A stretch of 64,000 bases of DNA, taken from positions 73,799-137,798 of the forward strand of contig JAJTYH010000002.1 in assembly GCA_021463465.1 (NCBI GenBank), written 5' to 3'. The position numbers were made by a program, and so were the translations under genes. Positions 59,360-64,000 of the stretch are shown piece by piece. Below the pieces are notes generated by a model. That model made no database searches, was not told where the DNA came from, and saw only the letters and a list, made by a program, of their open reading frames with translations. Source of the DNA: a bacterium (GTDB taxonomy: Bacteria > Patescibacteriota > Dojkabacteria > SC72). Within the stretch, counting starts at the first letter, position 1. Every line of letters starts with the position of its first letter.

Positions 59360-59799
59360 AAATATATGTAGTGATAGATAATATCCGCTCTGCCTACAAC
59401 GTAGGTAGCATTTTTAGAACCGCCGATGGGGCAGGTAACTGTGAACTTCTAATTTGCGGAATCAGCCCCACGCCCGAACACATCAAAGTTGGCAAAACAG
59501 CTTTAGGAGCAGATCAAAGCGTGCCATGGAAATACTTCAAAACAACTCTAGAGGCTGTGAGATGGTTGAAGAATAAGAAAGTGCCTGTTTGGTCAATCGA
59601 ACTTACCGAAAAAGCCAAACATTACTAATCTCTGAAATTCCCCAAAGAGGTTGCATTTGTATTTGGACACGAAATTGAAGGTGTAAACAGTGAAGTTTTG
59701 AACAGTAGTGATGAAATATTGTATATTCCTATGAAAGGCACTAAGAATTCACTCAATGTTGCCAGCGCAGCAGCAATACTTTTATATTCAGCCACATGA
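59356..59799 (+). pseudogene. SpoU/TrmH-family RNA 2'-O-methyltransferase with in-frame TAA at 59626..59628
   Basis: N-terminal NVGSIFRTADGAG; after the TAA the same frame continues VAFVFGHEIEGV...IPMKGTKNSLNVASAAAILLYS, the C-terminal SPOUT motifs. Confidence 0.55.
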
Positions 59800-60839
59800 T
59801 TAAAATTGAGTTAGTAGAAAATCAAGAGGTTTGGGATACTTTCCTTACCAATCAACCGCATGCCAATATCCTACAAAGCTGGGCATGGGGAGACTTTCAG
59901 TTCAAGCTGAATCGAAAGATATGGAGAATTGGGATCTTTAATGATTCTACAATGATAGGGGTCGCTTTGGCGCAATTAATCCCAACAAAACTCCGAACTC
60001 ACATCTATGTCTCTAACGGCCCAGTAATAGCTAATGGATATGAAGCAGAAGCCTTAGGCAAGTTAATGGGATATTTAAAAGCACTTGGGATCCAGGAGAA
60101 GGTTAACTTCGTCAGAGTTGACCCACTTTGGGAAGACAACCGAACAAACAGACAGACACTCAAGGGAGTTGGACTGAAAAAAGCATCAACCCATGTACAA
60201 GCAGAATACAAATGGATCTTGGATATTTCACCCAACAACGCAACCTTGCTCAATCAAATGAAAAAAAACACCCGTTATGAAATTAAGAAAGCCGAAAAAG
60301 AAGGCGTTGTAGTTAGAGCCTCAACTAACTTCGAAGAGTATGATCTTTTTGAATTACTCTTTATGAAAACCGTTGCAAGACAGAAATTTGTTCCACATCC
60401 TTATGAATATTACAAAACCCAATTCAAGACACTCCTGAAAGCCGACATGTATAAGATCTACATTGCCCAAAAGGGTGATACTGTCCTGGCGACAGCATTG
60501 ATAGCTACATTTGGTGACAGTAGTTTCTACTTACATGCAGCAAGTCTCAACAATAGGGAAGCTAATAAATTGATGGCTCCTCAAACGTTGGTATGGCATG
60601 CAATACAGGAAGGTAAAGCTCAAGGTGTGAAATATTTCGATTTCTGGGGAGTTGCGAAAGACGATAATCCTAAAGACCAATGGGCTGGGTTCACTAGGTT
60701 TAAGAAAGGTTTCGGAGGAGAACTTTTCAAAGTTGTTAGAGCTCACGACCTTCCACTCACACCCGCATATGCTTTGATTTCAGTGTTAGAAGCTACACGT
60801 GAATTATGGGGCGGAATTTACTACAAAATTAAGCGTTAA
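59796..60839 (+). CDS. FemAB-family peptidoglycan interpeptide-bridge aminoacyltransferase
   Basis: FemAB-like N-terminus VWDTFLTNQPHANILQSWAWGDF..., 347 aa. Confidence 0.7.
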   Translation: MIKIELVENQEVWDTFLTNQPHANILQSWAWGDFQFKLNRKIWRIGIFNDSTMIGVALAQLIPTKLRTHIYVSNGPVIANGYEAEALGKLMGYLKALGIQEKVNFVRVDPLWEDNRTNRQTLKGVGLKKASTHVQAEYKWILDISPNNATLLNQMKKNTRYEIKKAEKEGVVVRASTNFEEYDLFELLFMKTVARQKFVPHPYEYYKTQFKTLLKADMYKIYIAQKGDTVLATALIATFGDSSFYLHAASLNNREANKLMAPQTLVWHAIQEGKAQGVKYFDFWGVAKDDNPKDQWAGFTRFKKGFGGELFKVVRAHDLPLTPAYALISVLEATRELWGGIYYKIKR

Positions 60840-60877
60840 ACTTTGACACTGCAGACCCTTCTCGATATCATGAATTT

Positions 60878-63800
60878 ATGCCACTAAGGGCTTTTTTAAG
60901 GCACTGCCAAAAACTTTATAACCGTGTAAAATGCATCAAATTCAAGCTCTGGATGTTAGTGCTACTCAATATTTTCCCATTACTCTTGTATTTAGCTGCA
61001 ATTGAGATCAAAAACCCGGTTCCAAGAATACGCATAACAGAGAAGAATTCAAACTATCTAGTAGAGACAGGGAACCAAACTTATACCGCCCAAATTGGTA
61101 GTAAAAGTGATAATGCACCTGAAATTAAATTCAGTGATCCAAATAACAACCAGATTACATTCAGATACGTAACTAGCAGAGACAGTCAGCCACAACTAAC
61201 CCGTAAGAGTCGGGAAGTCACATTTAGTAATGTCGAAGAATGGCTTGACATCAATTACATCCCTTTGGAGAATGGTTTGAAAGAGAACCTCATATTACAC
61301 AGATACCCCCACAAAAACTTCTTCCTCTTTGAATACGAAACTAACGACTTGGTACAAGACAAAAGTACCAAGAATGCAGTTACACCCAAATTCGAAACTA
61401 AGTCGGGTGAATACGCTTTCAACTTTGAAAAAGGATATGCCTTTGATAGTAGAGGGGCACGAACTGAAGCAGTAAGAATAGACACTTTCGGAAAAGATGG
61501 GAAAAGCTTTCTAAGAGTAATAATCGATGATAGATGGTTAGCACATAAGAATAGAAAATATCCTGTAACCATTGACCCAACAGTAGTTCATGATACCTCC
61601 TCAGAATTCTCATCAGGGAGCTTTAATCGTATTAAAGACACTGGTTCTGGTTCATCACCAGTACTAGAAACTTTCTATCTTGAAACACCCTCTGATGTTT
61701 CAACTACTGCACTCTGGCACTTCAATGAAACCGCTAATGATACCTGCGCTGGTGGGCAAGACTTATGCGATGGTTCAGGTAACGGTTTACATGGCGTAGC
61801 AACAGGTACAACAATAGATACAACGACTCAAAGGATTGGGGCAGCTTCAAGAACATTTAACGGCACTTCCGACTTTATTACTGTAAGTGATAATGACCGA
61901 TTGAGTTTTGGGAATAACACAATGAGTGCAGAACTTTGGATGAAACGTAACGGGAATCCAAGCACCATTGAATATTTAATACTTAAAGGAATTACAACAT
62001 GGGAATACCTTATGAACCTAACCACCTCAGGAACGGTAACTGCCACACTTACCAATAGCGCTGGGACTACTGTCGCCACGGTCACAAGTCTTGCTACAGT
62101 GACTGACAACAATTGGCACCATGTGGCATTTACATCAACAGGTTCAACAATCTCAATATACATAGACGGGAAGCTTAGCAATACATCCACATCTTTCACC
62201 TCTACAATGTCCAACACCACCTCTACGTTTTACATTGGAGATCGATCTGATCAAGCAAACGCTGAATTTGAAGGCTCAATTGACGATATACGCTTAAGCA
62301 ACATCGCAAGAACTTCACAAGAGATTAGGAGTGATGCATCAAGAAGCCCATACTCTACATTCACTTCCGACATAATTGATTTATCAAATACCTCAAGCGT
62401 TTGGAATACTTTTTCATGGAATGAAGCAGGTGTTGCTACAGGTGACGGCGAAACATTAAACAGTAGTACAAACTTAATCGCGCAATGGAACTTCAATCAA
62501 ACTTCAGGTACAACTGCAACAAATGACGCAGGGTCGTGTAGTACCTCCTGTAACGGCACCCTAACTGCATTCAGTTCAACAGGGAGCCAGGACGCAATAG
62601 TTCATTCTGGATGGAGTAGTGATAATCGAAAATGGGGGACTGGGGCATTAATGTTTGATGGTGTAAATGATGAAGTGTTACTAGGTGCGAACAATTTAAG
62701 CCCGAAACTAAGTGGTGCAAGCGTAGTTTCAATGGGAGCATGGTTTAAAGTGAACACATTCCCTGCAGCACTCCAAAGAGAACGAATTATAAACGTATAT
62801 ATGGGTAATGTTACATCTGGAGTATCGCTAAATGTCTACGATCTCAATAAAGTTGAAGTAGGGGGAAGGAGCGGTACTGGAGATTCTTATCAGACTGCCA
62901 CCTACGTGCTCCAAGACCCATATCAATGGCACTACCTTGTCGGTATATTTGATTTCCCAAGCGACAAAATCCAGATTTTTATTGATGGCCTTATGGTGTC
63001 CAATACAACCGTTACATTTGCTAACACCACTTACACACCAGGCACCCCAAGCGTACAAGATGCAATCGGATCTGGCCATGGAATTGGTCTTTTTCACGGC
63101 GTAATCGATTCAACAACAATCTTTACTAGAGCAATGACTCCTTCTGAAATTATGTCAAACTATCAAGCTGGTAATGTCGAATTCCAAACTAGAGTTGGCA
63201 CCAACACATCCCCTGATGATGGGACTTGGGAAACCTGGAAACCTGACAACAATGAAGTTGTTGCATTTGGATTTGATACTGATTCCACATCAGTTGAGTG
63301 GAACAATGACCCTCAAGCAAGACCTTCTGGCGATATGTTACTTTTTAATTCGACTAATATTGCAACAGGAAATGCCTACACATATACCAAGTTTAAAAGT
63401 AACAGTACCACAATGACAACAGGAGACACTGTTGAGTTTGATGTATTCGCAAATAATAATATGTTCGGGATAGGCGGAATTGATATCAGATATACAGATG
63501 GTTCATATGCTAGATATACTGGTTGGAAAGACCAAGTAAATTACAAATGCCAAGACGAAGGCTATCAGTACATTCATAAAAGATGGTTCCATAGGATTTG
63601 TACTATACCCGCTGAAGATAATGGTAAAACCGTTAGTTGGTTTGACTTAGTTAATGAAAGTAATTCTAATACTGCGGTTTCAGTTTTCTACGATAATATT
63701 GTTATTAAAAGTAGCTCAGGAGCTATTAAATCCGTTGTATACACCGCCGGAAATCCAGAATTTAATACTATTGATTTATCAAGCGACGCGGGAAATACAG

Positions 63801-64000
63801 GGACAGTGACATTGGCCTCAAGTAACAATGCGTACAACTCATTTTTTTCTAATGATTCGGTAATCAAAGTTCAGTCAACTGGAGCACTAAAAATCGATAC
63901 AAAACCCAAAGTTGACTTGAACACAATTTCACTTTGGCATTTAGATGAAACTGGTGGTACTGGAGCTTATATTAAAGACAGTGCAAATAGTGCAAATAAT
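60878..64000 (+). CDS. giant secreted LamG/concanavalin-A-like repeat protein (partial, runs off window end; alternative start 60953)
   Basis: Open frame 2 from 60878 with no stop to 64000 (absent from ORF track because unterminated); N-terminal TM/signal LVLLNIFPLLLYLAAI; repeated ALWHFNE/ISLWHLDE ...GNG...FNG/FDG...S blocks typical of LamG jelly-roll repeats. Confidence 0.65.
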   Translation, partial: MPLRAFLRHCQKLYNRVKCIKFKLWMLVLLNIFPLLLYLAAIEIKNPVPRIRITEKNSNYLVETGNQTYTAQIGSKSDNAPEIKFSDPNNNQITFRYVTSRDSQPQLTRKSREVTFSNVEEWLDINYIPLENGLKENLILHRYPHKNFFLFEYETNDLVQDKSTKNAVTPKFETKSGEYAFNFEKGYAFDSRGARTEAVRIDTFGKDGKSFLRVIIDDRWLAHKNRKYPVTIDPTVVHDTSSEFSSGSFNRIKDTGSGSSPVLETFYLETPSDVSTTALWHFNETANDTCAGGQDLCDGSGNGLHGVATGTTIDTTTQRIGAASRTFNGTSDFITVSDNDRLSFGNNTMSAELWMKRNGNPSTIEYLILKGITTWEYLMNLTTSGTVTATLTNSAGTTVATVTSLATVTDNNWHHVAFTSTGSTISIYIDGKLSNTSTSFTSTMSNTTSTFYIGDRSDQANAEFEGSIDDIRLSNIARTSQEIRSDASRSPYSTFTSDIIDLSNTSSVWNTFSWNEAGVATGDGETLNSSTNLIAQWNFNQTSGTTATNDAGSCSTSCNGTLTAFSSTGSQDAIVHSGWSSDNRKWGTGALMFDGVNDEVLLGANNLSPKLSGASVVSMGAWFKVNTFPAALQRERIINVYMGNVTSGVSLNVYDLNKVEVGGRSGTGDSYQTATYVLQDPYQWHYLVGIFDFPSDKIQIFIDGLMVSNTTVTFANTTYTPGTPSVQDAIGSGHGIGLFHGVIDSTTIFTRAMTPSEIMSNYQAGNVEFQTRVGTNTSPDDGTWETWKPDNNEVVAFGFDTDSTSVEWNNDPQARPSGDMLLFNSTNIATGNAYTYTKFKSNSTTMTTGDTVEFDVFANNNMFGIGGIDIRYTDGSYARYTGWKDQVNYKCQDEGYQYIHKRWFHRICTIPAEDNGKTVSWFDLVNESNSNTAVSVFYDNIVIKSSSGAIKSVVYTAGNPEFNTIDLSSDAGNTGTVTLASSNNAYNSFFSNDSVIKVQSTGALKIDTKPKVDLNTISLWHLDETGGTGAYIKDSANSANN

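Noticed and set aside
3407-59628. Two in-frame TAA codons (3407, 59626) might indicate TAA codon reassignment
   Set aside because: The large majority of confidently identified genes in the window (MTase, def, mraZ, rsmH and others) terminate with TAA, and TAG and TGA are also used as stops. Pseudogenisation or base-call error is more parsimonious.
1-64000. CRISPR arrays or other regularly spaced short repeats
   Set aside because: No repeat-spacer periodicity seen anywhere in the window.

Overview
AT-rich bacterial chromosomal window. The left ~24.6 kb (1..24614) looks like two tandem integrative genomic islands inserted at the 3' end of a tRNA-His gene. Each island carries its own large serine recombinase, and both recombinase genes end with the same 14-nt sequence (tggggtggaagatg) that matches the tRNA-His 3' end. 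The islands are full of defence-type cargo. This includes two type II R-M modules built around C5-cytosine methyltransferases, one with a stop-interrupted Sau3AI/MutH-like endonuclease. It also includes a HEPN-motif Abi-like gene, a Clp-D2-like AAA+ ATPase two-gene cassette, a PIN-like protein, an ADP-ribosylglycohydrolase, a P4-alpha-like primase/helicase, and a pol-beta nucleotidyltransferase (SMODS/CD-NTase-like) with a 2TM effector-like partner in a five-gene operon. The most novel feature is a ~150-nt structured RNA present in two divergent copies (7557..7710 on + and 21740..21890 on -). Each copy has its own conserved promoter, an 11-bp stem of completely different but perfectly complementary sequence, and three GNRA-tetraloop hairpins with compensatory changes. 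Each sits directly upstream of a membrane-protein gene. A ~60-85 bp imperfect direct repeat with a palindromic GGTATACC core brackets the first 4.5-kb module. The right part (24.6-64 kb) is core chromosome. It holds def, pyk, secG, four tRNAs, a dcw cluster (ftsW, murG, MraZ operator repeats, mraZ, rsmH, ftsL, ftsI, mraY), tatD, rsmI, truB, a NUDIX gene, rarA, a T-box leader in front of a tyrS gene with an unusual ~270-aa B3/4-like N-terminal extension, recG, a TrmH-like gene with an in-frame TAA, femAB-like, and the start of a giant LamG-repeat surface protein. No CRISPR array was seen.
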